NCBI GenBank assembly: GCA_027604505.1
Contig: JADIIX010000003.1
Coordinates: 310,001 to 370,175 of the forward strand
Direction: 5' to 3'
DNA length: 60,175 nt
Source: Gonapodya sp. JEL0774
Lineage: Eukaryota
Shown here piece after piece: positions 11,848-23,136 of the stretch (within the stretch, counting starts at the first letter, position 1; each line of letters starts with the position of its first letter). A model generated the notes under the pieces. That model made no database searches, was not told the DNA's origin, and saw only the letters and a list, made by a program, of their open reading frames with translations. The position numbers were made by a program, and so were the translations under genes.

Positions 11848-13489
11848 TTACAACTTGGCCGTCTCGCCTCCAAGTTTCACCAGTGTCCTCCCGCTTGTGG
11901 TGGCTTTAATCATCTCACCGCAGACCTCCTCTACACCCTCCAACTCCACCACTTTAATCATCTTCAAAATAGCGTCCCGAGGTAAATCACGCGCCAGTCG
12001 GTCCCATACAACTTGTCGTCGGGGTTGAGGGCACATGACCGAGTCGATGCCGAGAAGGTTCACGCCGCGGAGGACTGCGATGGGACGCGGGGGTAACGTG
12101 TGAGACGTTGTTCAGGAACCAACGAAACCAGCCAGTACAAAGAACGGGTGCACTCACTGAATGGAAACACACTCCCTTTAATCTCGTTACCCCCTGCCAT
12201 TCCACACGCTGCCACACTCCCTCCATACTTGGTCTGCGCCACGACATTGGCCAAAACATTGCCCCCAACTGTATCCACCGCGCCTGCCCACTTCTCCCCA
12301 TCAAGTGCCTTGGCCGGACCCGACAGAGTCGCTCGATCGAGCGTCGAAGACGCACCGAGGGACTTCAAGTATGTTTCGGTGGCACCGGTGGTCTTCCCTG
12401 TGAGGGCGGTAACGGTGTAGCCGAGCTTGGCCAAGATGGCGATGGCCACAGAGCCGACGCCACCGGTGGCACCGGTGACGAGGACTGGCCCAGAGGCAGG
12501 GGTCACACCATGTTCTTCGAGGGCGAGGACGCACTGACACGGTTGAATGGTGTTTGAGGACACAAAATAAGATTGGGCGATCACGCAAGATGGAGACGAG
12601 GATGGAAACGCACCTGCATCGCTGTAAACCCAGCAGTGCCAATTGCCATACATTCTTTTTGCGTGAGTGTCGGAGGTTTGGCAACCAGGTACTCCGCTTT
12701 GACGCGGGCAAACTGAGAAAAAGGAGCCCCACAGTGTGAAAGATGTGTGAACGTCTGAAGTGGCCCCACAATCGCTGAGAGGTACTTTCGTCCCACCTCT
12801 GCCAATCCGCCCCAGGCCTTCTCTGCTCCGACCCCGAATCCAGTGAGCACAACCTCATCCCCCTGTTTCCATTTCCCATCGGCTTGCACGACTGTCCCCG
12901 CAAAATCGATTCCAGGAATGAATGGGAAAGCGCGGATTATGCGGCCAGAGTTGGTGATTGCGAGGGCATCCTTGGATGAGTGTAAATTGGATAAGACAGG
13001 GAGGTTGGCCGGCGGGAGCGAGGATCATCACAGAAAATCGGCAGTTTCATGTATAGGGCGATTGAGCGGTGTGGTGTGTAACAACAGCGGATCACGTGGT
13101 TCTCTGACCTCAATCGGAATCGGACAAACCGGATTCGATGTCTGACACCGAGTATTAATGTCTAATGTCGTGTAAGCATTTTCTTTCCATCGCGACTGAT
13201 GTTGACGGGTTCCGATGGTCTAGAGATAGCAGAGTTTGATTCCGATCCTTCGTCGCTCCCATCCTGCACGTACTGCTTTCCTCCTGAACGAGCGATTCCG
13301 TCCTCAAATGCTTTATCTCACCTTGTAATTCAAACCGGACCATCCAACTTTCACAATAACTTCTCCATCCTGTTTTCGCAAGTCTCCCACAGTGAGTTTC
13401 TTGACCGCAGCGCGCACAGTCTTGCCCTTATCAGACGAGTCCAGGATGAGCGCCCGCATGGGGGTAGATGTCGACTGTGGTAAAGACAT
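11848..13489 (-). CDS. acuI: AcuI/YhdH-type acryloyl-CoA reductase (MDR family), 4 introns, ends in PTS1 -AKL
   Basis: SGLNYKDALA, FPFIPGIDFAGTV, GFGVG..WGGLAEFARV, MAIGTAGFTAMQCVLALE, VLVTGATGGVGSVA, WAGAVDTVGG, FPFILRGVNLLGIDSV are YhdH/AcuI signatures. Confidence 0.9.
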
Positions 13490-14060
13490 TGTGGAGTTGT
13501 GGTGGAGAAATGGGTTGAAAGGGATGGGAAGTGTGTGGGGCGTCCTCAAGAACAGACGTATCCCGTTCTCAAAAACTAAATTCGGAATAGTCGAGACCGT
13601 TCAGCCGCGAGAGAATCAGGTAGTTTTTTTTGGGAGGTGGATAAAAAAGACGTGTTACCGGCGACGACAGCTCAGTGATACGGCATATGATGGAGCTCAG
13701 TCTGGCTGTGTCGACATTCAACTCGGCAAACTTACTTTGTATTCTGGAGTTGGCAATGAGAGGGGAGACGATGAGGACACCCACACGAGCCTTGGCTAGC
13801 ATATGGTGATTTGCGAGTTCAAGACTGGGGAGCGGTGACTCAGTGCTGGGAACTTGTCAGAAGGACACCTCCGTATATATTGCGGAGCATTTCTCAGTCT
13901 CCCACTTTCTCCGAAATCTTCCCTTCCCCCGCATTACTCTGTGATCGAAGTATTTTGCGATTTTGTACCGATTCATGTGAGAATCTCTCATGACTTCAGT
14001 TTTACGTCATCCTGAGACATCCTCTAGCCCCTCTCCACCGTCGCTCCGAATCTCACAATC

Positions 14061-14792
14061 ATGTGCAACAGCAACAAAATTATCATTGTCGCAGGCTATG
14101 GCCCCGGAATCTCGCGATCAGTTGCCATTAAGTTTGGAAAGCAAGGCTACAAAGTCGCACTGGATTCTCGAACCCAGTCTCGCCTCGACGATGTTGCAAA
14201 GGAACTCTCCTCGGAACACCAACTCGACGTCAAAGGATTTGCAATTGATCTGGCTGACCCTGTGAAGACGGTCGCCGGTATTTCCACCATCCGCGATGCC
14301 TTTGGACCAGACGCAAAGATCAAGATTCTTCAATGGAACGTGTACAGTAGTAACAACAACAACGGGCGCCAGTTTGCGGAGGCGAGCCTGGCTGGGATGG
14401 TCGAGGAGTACAACCTTTTGGTGGGATCTCTTTGGCTCGCAATCCAGGCGATCACTGACGACCTGGAGGAGATGAAGGGAGCTGTGCTGGTGACTAGCGG
14501 CGGGCTGTCACTCTATAGCGAACGCTGCCTAAACGCTGCAGTTAGGTGGGGCTCATTCATGCCCTTAGTCGCGAAGGCAGCAGAGTGGAAACTGGTCCAG
14601 CTCGCCCACGTTGCGCTAGAGCCCAAGGGGATCTATGTAGGGGAGGTTGTGGTGAGGGACATTGCAATGAATAGTGCTGTGACCAAAACAAAAGAAGCAG
14701 GCACGGTGCATCCTGATGATATTGCCGATCTGTTTGTAGCGATCGAGAAGAAGCGTGATACGGTGGTTGCTGAGATCGGGAGCACTTTCTAA
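14061..14792 (+). CDS. Atypical short-chain dehydrogenase/reductase (intronless)
   Basis: Rossmann motif IIVAGYGPGIS..VA..F, GAVLVTSG, xxxAKAA (catalytic Tyr absent, Lys kept), GIYVGEV, PDDIA. Confidence 0.82.
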   Translation: MCNSNKIIIVAGYGPGISRSVAIKFGKQGYKVALDSRTQSRLDDVAKELSSEHQLDVKGFAIDLADPVKTVAGISTIRDAFGPDAKIKILQWNVYSSNNNNGRQFAEASLAGMVEEYNLLVGSLWLAIQAITDDLEEMKGAVLVTSGGLSLYSERCLNAAVRWGSFMPLVAKAAEWKLVQLAHVALEPKGIYVGEVVVRDIAMNSAVTKTKEAGTVHPDDIADLFVAIEKKRDTVVAEIGSTF

Positions 14793-15280
14793 GATGTAAA
14801 GAATTCCTATCATTATGTTTATTATTCACACAAACAGTGCTTCATCATGCCGTTTTGAGGATAATACGTCTGGAAAACAGCAACGTTCTCAGCCGGAATG
14901 GCAATGGTGTGTGAGGAGTGAGTGAGGGCGATCGGGGGGCGGGAATGGGGACTGTATCTTCGCGGAAGATTGGTTGAGGTCGCCAGAGATCTCGGAACGT
15001 TTGGCTGTGCGATGGAATATTTATGGTGAGATACAGAATCTCCTGGAAGTAAATACTTGTCGTATGATCACTCAATTTAAGATCATATCCGATCGGTGCA
15101 GCCAGGTTGTGATGGGAATGGCCGTGAGGAGAACCCATCTCGAATCCTTAGTTTGACGAACGGGAGTCCCACGAATGCAGTGGAACTCTTCCTCAACGGA
15201 ATTGTAAGTTCACTTTGCTACATCAACGTTACTACTATAAGCATGCAAATTGGTCAACTGCACGAATCAAGTTTATGACC

Positions 15281-16630
15281 TCAAGACCTAGATTGTTTCC
15301 GAGGACCCACGTCACCTTTTACAAACCCTTTCCCGGTTTCATTTGCTACAGCTCTTATTGCCGCAACCACTTTCATGCTCCATGCGGCCTCTTGACCCTC
15401 ACCAAATCGTACGCCATCTGTGTGAACTTCGATGCACTTTGCAGGAATGGACGCCGCGACATCACACCACACGTTTAGCTCGGTCTGTTCCCCGCGCGGT
15501 GAGCGCCCATCCCTGTACACGTGGAGCTCTACACACCGAATTCCGTGAGGAAAAAGTAATTGCAGGCATTGATTAAAACCTGTGAGTTGGTCCCCAACAG
15601 GGACGTCGGCCAATGAAGGAAGGCTGGACGCATCCAGCTGCAGAACAAGCGTGATGTCCTCGCGTGGGTAGACCGGTAGTTCATGTGCACGCTGGGACAA
15701 GAAGACCCATGCGTCGTCTAGGGGACGAAACATGCCCAACCGATTTAGGTTTGGGAACAAGGCAAAGTCGCCTTCTAGGAAGGTCAGGAGCAAGTCCGGC
15801 GGAGTGACCCCGCCAGAGCGGTTGTAAGGGGCAAGGAAGACTGACAATTGCGACGCCTGCGTGAGCATTGAAGGGGAGAGCGAGTCCGCCGGGTGGGGAA
15901 GGGATCGGCGAAGGCCGGCAACGGAAAAATGGAGACGGCGGAGGTTGGGAAACACCTCGAGCAAGGTCACAAGCTCCTCGCTCAGTGTTGACAAACTGTG
16001 GTACGGCTTGACGTACACGCCACGGATGGTCGCAGCCGCTTCACGAAGGCCGTCGTGGTCGGTTTCCTGTAATTGTTCAGCGCCTGATTGGTAGGTCCTG
16101 TGTAGGCTCCTAATTTGATGCATTGTGAGGGACACGTGCTCTCGCATCACAAAGAGCACACAACGAATCGTTGTTGGGTTGTAGGACGGCGATATGTCGA
16201 CCGACTGCACACGCGGGAGTACACGGTAACCGATTAGAGACGATAGCACAGAGGACAGCACTTGGTGGACGCTGTTGGATGTAAAGTGCTGAGATGGCTG
16301 GGCGACCACACTTCCGGCCACGGTCGCCCGTCCTGTGGACCCCCCCACGTCACAGTCGTGCAGTAACCGGAACTTCTCGTGAAGAATGTGGGTCACGTCG
16401 TACGAGGTGGGGAGTTGCCACGCATGTGACGTCTCATGCACGTCCACGGCTTTGAGCACTAGGTGCACGTCAATAAGGACACCGGTTGGGCCGAGAAAAT
16501 CGAGCGCAAGTCGGCGCCATTGTCGCGATACGAGCGGGACTGAGGCGAGGAATGATGCCGGGTGGCAAAATGTGAAGACATGGGAAAGAAGCTCCGGGGG
16601 TAAAGAGAGCATCGGCATGGCGGGGATCAT
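15281..16630 (-). CDS. F-box protein (intronless, ~450 aa)
   Basis: N-terminal LSLPPELLSHVFTFC..LVSRQWRRLA F-box motif; LRR-like FPNLRRLHF and FPNLNRL segments downstream. Confidence 0.78.
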   Translation of the reverse strand: MIPAMPMLSLPPELLSHVFTFCHPASFLASVPLVSRQWRRLALDFLGPTGVLIDVHLVLKAVDVHETSHAWQLPTSYDVTHILHEKFRLLHDCDVGGSTGRATVAGSVVAQPSQHFTSNSVHQVLSSVLSSLIGYRVLPRVQSVDISPSYNPTTIRCVLFVMREHVSLTMHQIRSLHRTYQSGAEQLQETDHDGLREAAATIRGVYVKPYHSLSTLSEELVTLLEVFPNLRRLHFSVAGLRRSLPHPADSLSPSMLTQASQLSVFLAPYNRSGGVTPPDLLLTFLEGDFALFPNLNRLGMFRPLDDAWVFLSQRAHELPVYPREDITLVLQLDASSLPSLADVPVGDQLTGFNQCLQLLFPHGIRCVELHVYRDGRSPRGEQTELNVWCDVAASIPAKCIEVHTDGVRFGEGQEAAWSMKVVAAIRAVANETGKGFVKGDVGPRKQSRS

Positions 16631-17185
16631 GGTGTGTGGTGAAGTGGGTGAATTTATGCTGTGGCCACCAGCAAGGACGGATTGGTTTCTTTCTAGCAAT
16701 AAGTTCGACAAACACTGATAACAATGTACTAATAGATGTTTTGGAACGGCGGACGAGGGGAACACGCCTTGGCTGCTGTGGTCCGAGTACAGTTCTTCAA
16801 CTCCCTTAGTATGCGTTCTTGAGAAAGGGGTGGCGGAGAAGCAGTAGTAAAAGACAAGAAGGATCACGTCACGCGTCAGTCCTTTGGAGCTGTGCGTTTC
16901 AAGCACTCACCAGATGTGGGCGGGGGCTCCAATTTGTGTTCGTGCAGATGTGCAGTGGAAACAGCCGTTCAGCCGGTTTTCAGCCACTTTCTTGCCACCG
17001 CGAGCTTCAACCCGTCTGTCAAATCGTTTCTACACATCCGCTACGGTTCTGTCTTCATCACGTCATCAGTTGCAAGCGCAATCACGGGATTTTTCTGACA
17101 TTGCCGCTCTGGGCTTTCCTGTTGGCATTCCTCGTCCCACCTCATATCCCTCAATACGTCGTTCCTTCCCCCAACTTCCACAACA

Positions 17186-18522
17186 ATGTCGCTCTTTTTT
17201 AATCCTGCGTACCTCAAACTCTCTCCTCACCTCAACTCCGCTTCCAAAGCCCTCTTTGGGGTCTCTCCCGCCGACTTCCACTACGAGACTGGCGTGACGC
17301 CCCTCTCCACATGGCCCGTCGTCATCGCTGGCACGATTGGATACCTGGCAACTGTCTTTGGAGGACAATACTTGATGAAGAATCGCGAGGCGATGAAGCT
17401 CAACAACCTGTTTCTGATCCACAACGTGATCCTTGTGATCCTGAGCGGCGGTCTGCTCTGGCTCTACCTGGAGGAGCTTCTTCCTTTGCTTTGGGAGAAG
17501 GGCCTTTACTTTACAATGTGCGATGGTGCTGCCTACACGCAGCAGATGGAGTTCATTTACTATGTCAACTACATCAGTGCGTTGTTCCTGTTTCCGAAGT
17601 CCATGTGATCCCATGTGATGATGGTGTTTTTTTTCACTCAAATGCTTCCCAACACTCTCAGTTAAATGGGTTGAGTTTGTTGACACGTGGTTCCTTGTCG
17701 CCAAGAAGAAGAAGCTGGGTGTGTCTCCCCTGATCAATTCGAATCCTCTTCTTCACCTGGTACTCACCCTGCCATCTCACCCACCCAAATTCATCCCATT
17801 CAAAATCTAACCCTCACTCATTTCTTGTAAACTCTTCAAATCCACCAGAATTCCTGCACGTCTACCATCACGCCCTCACCATGGTCCTGTGTCACGCCGA
17901 GCAGGAGGGCCGTGTCGTCATGTCATGGATCGTCATCACCCTCAACTTGTTCGTACATGTCATCATGTACACGTACTATGGTTTGTTTCTCCACGGAAAT
18001 ATTTTCGTTGTGTGCTCGCAATTCTCATACTCGGGTTTGCCAAATTTGTTCTACCAGCCCTCACCGCGCTCAAAATCCACCCGTGGTGGAAGAAATGTAA
18101 ATCCTTCTGTCGTACTATCATTTTCTTATCTGCAACTCTAATTTCATTGTCTCGTCCGGCTGCCCCCCCTGCCGTTGGCGTCCTCCACGTTCATGACAAA
18201 TCCCTTCTCTCACCCCAACGCAGACGTCACGACCCTCCAAATCACCCAATTCATTATCGACCTCGGCTTCTGCTACTCCAACACCTGGACCCACTTCGCC
18301 TTTAACTACGCTCCCCACCTCCCCAACTATGGGCCTTGTTCGGCCACTGACTTTGGAGCCATCTTTGGCTGCGGTCTCTTGTCGACATACCTCTACCTCT
18401 TTGTGGAGTTTTTCCAAAAGACGTACGCGAAGTTCAAGGCCGGCAAGGAGAAGGCAAAGGTGGAGGGAAAGGCAAATGGGGCGTCCAACGGGCACGCAGT
18501 GGAACCAAAGAAGACCAAGTGA
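17186..18522 (+). CDS. Fatty acid elongase (ELO/GNS1/SUR4 family), multi-exon
   Basis: KWVEFVDTWFLV, FLHVYHH, NLFVHVIMYTYY, TTLQITQF motifs; C-terminal ER-retrieval KKTK. Confidence 0.95.
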
Positions 18523-18829
18523 TGTGATGGTTTTGTCAGGCGGTATGAAGGAGTGTGCTTGTGGGAGCGTGAGAGTGGGACACTGTCATATCTGTTCAAA
18601 ACGGGAGACGGACAACGCATTTGCAACGGACTATCGGCTTGTTCACATACAATTGCAGTAGAATCAAGCCATGTATCTATCCAACGTACTTTCCAACGTG
18701 ATGAATCCCCCCTCCGCTAGCGTTCTCAGTCTCGTGGTACACCACTTCCACAGACCCGTCACACACAGTCTGCTCTTACCCTTTGCCCCCAGTGACATTG
18801 GCAATACTACTCAAGTCATTGAGGTTCAC

Positions 18830-20639
18830 CTACACCTCATCGAGAGTCTTGATGACCTCCTCGGTGAACTGTTTCGTACCCGATTTGCCGCCCAGGTCAC
18901 CAGTGCGGGCCTGCACAATGAAAGGAGGCTCACATCAGAACCAAACGAGTACTGATGTCAACCTCTTCGCACCTGATCTACTCACCCTGTTTTCAGCAAT
19001 AGTCTTGAGTACTGCCGACTCAATCTTGGAGGCATATGAGTCGAGTTCCATATGGCGAAGCATCATCACGGAGGAGAGGAGCAGGGCAGTAGGGTTGGCC
19101 ATGTCTTTACCGGCAATGTCCGGGGCAGTGCCGTGCACCTGGTGAGAGGTGGGTATTTCAGCCGAGTTTGAGGCGGGGGGGTATATGATGGATACACACA
19201 GATTCGAAAATGGACGCCTTGAGGCCAATATTACCCGACGGTGTCAAACCTAGCCCACCAATAAGACCCGCACACAGGTCGGAGACGATGTCACCGTACA
19301 GATTGGGCATGACCATGACAGTCTTGGAGAAGTTGGTAGGGTCTGTGACGATCTAGAGGGGGAGGAGTTGATGCGCGCCGTCGGAACGAATGGCGAGGGC
19401 AGGTGTTGGGAACAAGTGAAGTGGAGTGCTCACCCTCAAGCAAACTCTATCGAGGAGTTCGTCACGGAAGCCGATTTCTGGATACTCTTTGGCGACAGCG
19501 CGGGCGGTGTCGAGGAACAGACCATCGGAAGCACGCCTTTGGTGGAAGGAGGAAGTAGGGGCGGGGGGCCAAGGATGGGGGAGGAAGGGCAGTGTCAACA
19601 ATTTACAGGCAACGCTGAGAATCATTCAATAAAGGTCTTCCTTGTGGTATAAGCTGCGTTCTTCTAAACTGACGACCATCCATCTTCCACGATCCTTTGC
19701 TCTCCTGTTCCCGTAATATGATTCCTAGGCAACTCACATGATATTGGCCTTGTGGACAACTGTGACATCAGGTCTTCCGGTGGACTTGGCATACTCAAAG
19801 GCGTACCGAATGACCCGTTCGCTCGCCTCCCGAGTGATGAGCTTGATGCTCTGCATCACACCGGGAACCACCTCGTGCTCAATACCTGAGTATTCACCTT
19901 CCGTATTTTCACGGATGAGCACGCAATCAACGTTGTCGAAGGCAGTCTTGTAACCGACGATGGAACGGGACGGGCGGACGTTTGCGAAGAGGTCAAAGGT
20001 CCTGTAGAGCGCCAAATACAGTTCGGGTGTTTTTGTGGAGATGTGAAAAGATGAGAGGAGATTGTTGGTTTCGACGAAACTCGCTGAAGTAAGTCTGCAC
20101 TGCACTGAATACGAACTTTCGAAGGGTGAGGTTGAGGGAACGGTGTCCTTTACCGACTGGTGTCTCCAAAGGACCTGCCCGAAATAAAATAGTAGATTGC
20201 GAACTACGCTAGGACGAGGAAACTCCCATCTCTTGGTAAGACGTGTTACCTTTGAGAGCAACCTTGTTTTTGTTTATCGAGATGTAGGCGTCCTCGGGAA
20301 TCACACTTTGACCATCCTTGATTATTGGTGTGACGTTTGCGATCTCCCAATCGATTGGAACCTTGAATGAACAAACATGTCGTGCAGTGGTGAGATCTCG
20401 ATCAAAATCATTCACATTCAACTCAATACCCTCACACCCTCCGCCAGACCCACCTTTGCAGCGGCGTAAATGCTCTGTACTGCCGTGGAAATTTCAGGAC
20501 CAATTCCATCACCGGGAATGAGAGTAACGGTCCTTCTCGCCTGGTGGAGAAATCCCCACCAATATTCAACCCCAGCGGACTCAACCTTGAAACACAATGT
20601 AACGACAAACCTCGGTGGCAAGTTGTCTCGCAATGACAT
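18830..20639 (-). CDS. IDH2: NAD-dependent isocitrate dehydrogenase catalytic subunit (Idh2/IDH3A-like), multi-exon; start uncertain
   Basis: [92 protein letters not shown]. Confidence 0.92.
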
Positions 20640-21007
20640 GATTTAATGTGGATGTCTGAGATCCGCACTCCATTCACGTGTCCATAAGTGTTGTCACGAA
20701 CGCAGCCAGGGATGTAAGGACGAGATACTTGAGATTGACTTCACGTGCAGTTTCCTTGAGCAATCGACTGACATCCACTTTCAACTCACGGATGTAGCGA
20801 TTTTAGCGGCTGTAAGAAACTTGGAAGTAACTGGATTCATTTTGTGGATGGTTTCAAAGAAAGTCATAACACTCGTGTGTGCATCAGCGATCGCAGCTTG
20901 GTCAGGGCAGGCAATCCCCTGTCCATACAAAACCTTCGCATGCTTCTCTTCACAGGCAACCCACCCCATCCCAATCTCATTTGCAGTCTTTGTACAATCG
21001 ATTCCCC

Positions 21008-22980
21008 ATGACTGATTATTCATCAAAGAGAATATCTACCATCACCACCACATCAAATGTCTCACACAACAGAACACTCTCTGAAGGGAAACCCGAAGAC
21101 TACCCACCAGTAATAGCTGAATGGGATGGAGCATCTTTGATATATGACCACAACGCTCATGAATCGCAAAGGTGAGCGGGCTCTGGTTTTGTTCTTGAGA
21201 TCCGTCTAACAGTATAAATACCCGCATCACCAAGTGATCGCTTTAGGCGAATTAGAGCGGCGTTTCATAAGGAATATCTCAAAAAGCCGGAATTTTATGT
21301 TCGAGTTCCCGGTGAGAGAATCTATTGGAGCTTCCGTCACATAATCAATGTTGACATTGGAAGAACAACAGCGCCAATAACCATAATGGGGGAGCACATT
21401 GGGGATTCAGGGTATAGTGTTCTCACTAGTGTGAGTCTCGCACTCTATGGCACATTTCACAGCAACTCGCGAACTGACATGAGATGGCAGTGCCTCGACG
21501 AGGACATCGTTCTGGCTGTGGCAGCTCGAGAACCTCTTACTGGAATTAACATATCGGTGAATGGGGTAACAACCACAATACCTCAAAAGTCGGGCATAGA
21601 TGGATGGCTTGACGAAGAGCCGACAGCTCCGGATCGCAAAAGGACTCATGTCGACGATCTTCTTCACAAGTTCAAGATTGGCTACAAGCGCGTTTGCGAG
21701 AACTTGTTTTTGAAAGAGCCGTATGGAATGGATTGTTTGATGGATAGCACGATTCCCGCCGGTTTATCGGCGGATGCATCCGCTGTAGTCCTCGGAGCTC
21801 TAACAACTCTGCATATCAAGGGCCGGAAAGTGGTGAAGAGTAGTCTGCTAACCATGGCAATGGCGGGGGAGCACACGTATGAAGAGTACGTCAAAGCTCC
21901 ATCCAACAATCGAGTACAGAGTATAACGGGTTGGTTTCAACAGTATCAACATCGCAACGACCATCCATGCAAGTCGGGCGCACCTAATCCATATCCATAA
22001 ACATCCAACCCTTAACGTGGAGCTCGTTCACTGGCCAGCATCGGATCTTCATGAAGTCGGGTTGGAACGGCTGGTGTGCGTGATCGTAGACAGTAGAGTC
22101 CCATCAGCGAACAACTCCCTCATTCGGAGTGGCGGGAATCTCACTGTTGGTCCAATGCTTATACGTTCGATTGAGACTCGGCTTGGTGCTCTCCTCCTCT
22201 CAACACTCCTTGGGGTATCTGAAAGGAGAAGCTACAGGCTCCTTCAGGATAACTTCGTCGCAAAAATGAAGCCCAAAGATTTTGATTATCGCGGCAACGA
22301 AGAAAATGTTCTGGAGGAATTTGCTGCAGTCGCAGTTTCCAAACTGAGTGAATGTGAAACGAATGATGTTGTGCGACTCGAAGAGGTGGCTGCATCTTTG
22401 AAAACTCCAGTGAGCACTTGGCGCTAAGGTCACATTTCCTTACGCTCTCCTCTAATATCCATGGTTGAAGGTCTCGATGCTCTACAAGCGCTACCTCGGT
22501 GACCTCTTCAGCATTCCTATAAACGAACTTCCCGCAGACTTTCTTTCAAAAACTCTGCCAAACTTACCCCTTTGTTTGTCAAAAAGAGCTAGTCATATTC
22601 TCTCCGAGTCACAGCGACTCTACACCTTGCGGCACCTCCTTCGAGACGAGAAGAACCCCGAAACCTACGCCTCCAAATTGGGCGCGTTGATGAATGAAAG
22701 CCATATCAGCCTGCGAGACAAGATGGAAGTCAGCTGCAAAAGCGTGGATGAGCTCGTGGAAGTTTGTGGGAAAGCAGGCGCCCTGGGATCACATATCACA
22801 GGGGAGGGGTTCGGGGGTTGTGTGATCAGCATTGTCCAAGAAGCAAAACTCGAATCCTTCATCACCAGCGTGAAAGAAGAGTATCACTACAAGCGCTTTC
22901 CAGAACTGCGCGAGAAACCAACATCGTCCTTTATTGTCGCCGGTCGACTATCCATGGGAGCTTTGGTAGTGCAAGCATGA
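21008..22980 (+). CDS. Galactokinase/GalNAc-kinase-like GHMP-fold protein with degenerate catalytic motifs, multi-exon
   Basis: PEFYVRVP|APITIMGEHIGDSGYSVL, STIPAGLSADASA, RASHILSESQR, LGALMNESHISLRDKMEVSC, GALGSHITGEGFGGCVI are colinear with galactokinase motifs. Confidence 0.82.
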
Positions 22981-23136
22981 ACTTTGAGAATGCCTTCTTG
23001 CACATGATTACAGTAAATAATGCCATGAAGAATGCTTGTAAATTAGGAAGAATTTAATCTATGTGGTTGCGTTGTGAAATGACCCAACACATTCTCTTTC
23101 GCCACTCTGAATAAGTCCGTTGCAGTTTCCGCTTAG

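Noticed and set aside
2150..20639. Possible lipid/acyl-CoA metabolic gene cluster (acyl-CoA synthetase, AcuI, SDR, elongase, IDH)
   Set aside because: Interspersed with unrelated housekeeping genes (GGC1, FAH, RPA2, F-box); no core biosynthetic enzyme, regulator or dedicated transporter.
20670..21026. Short minus-strand ORFs between IDH2 and the galactokinase-like gene
   Set aside because: No recognisable domain and no consistent gene model; overlaps the presumed divergent promoter.
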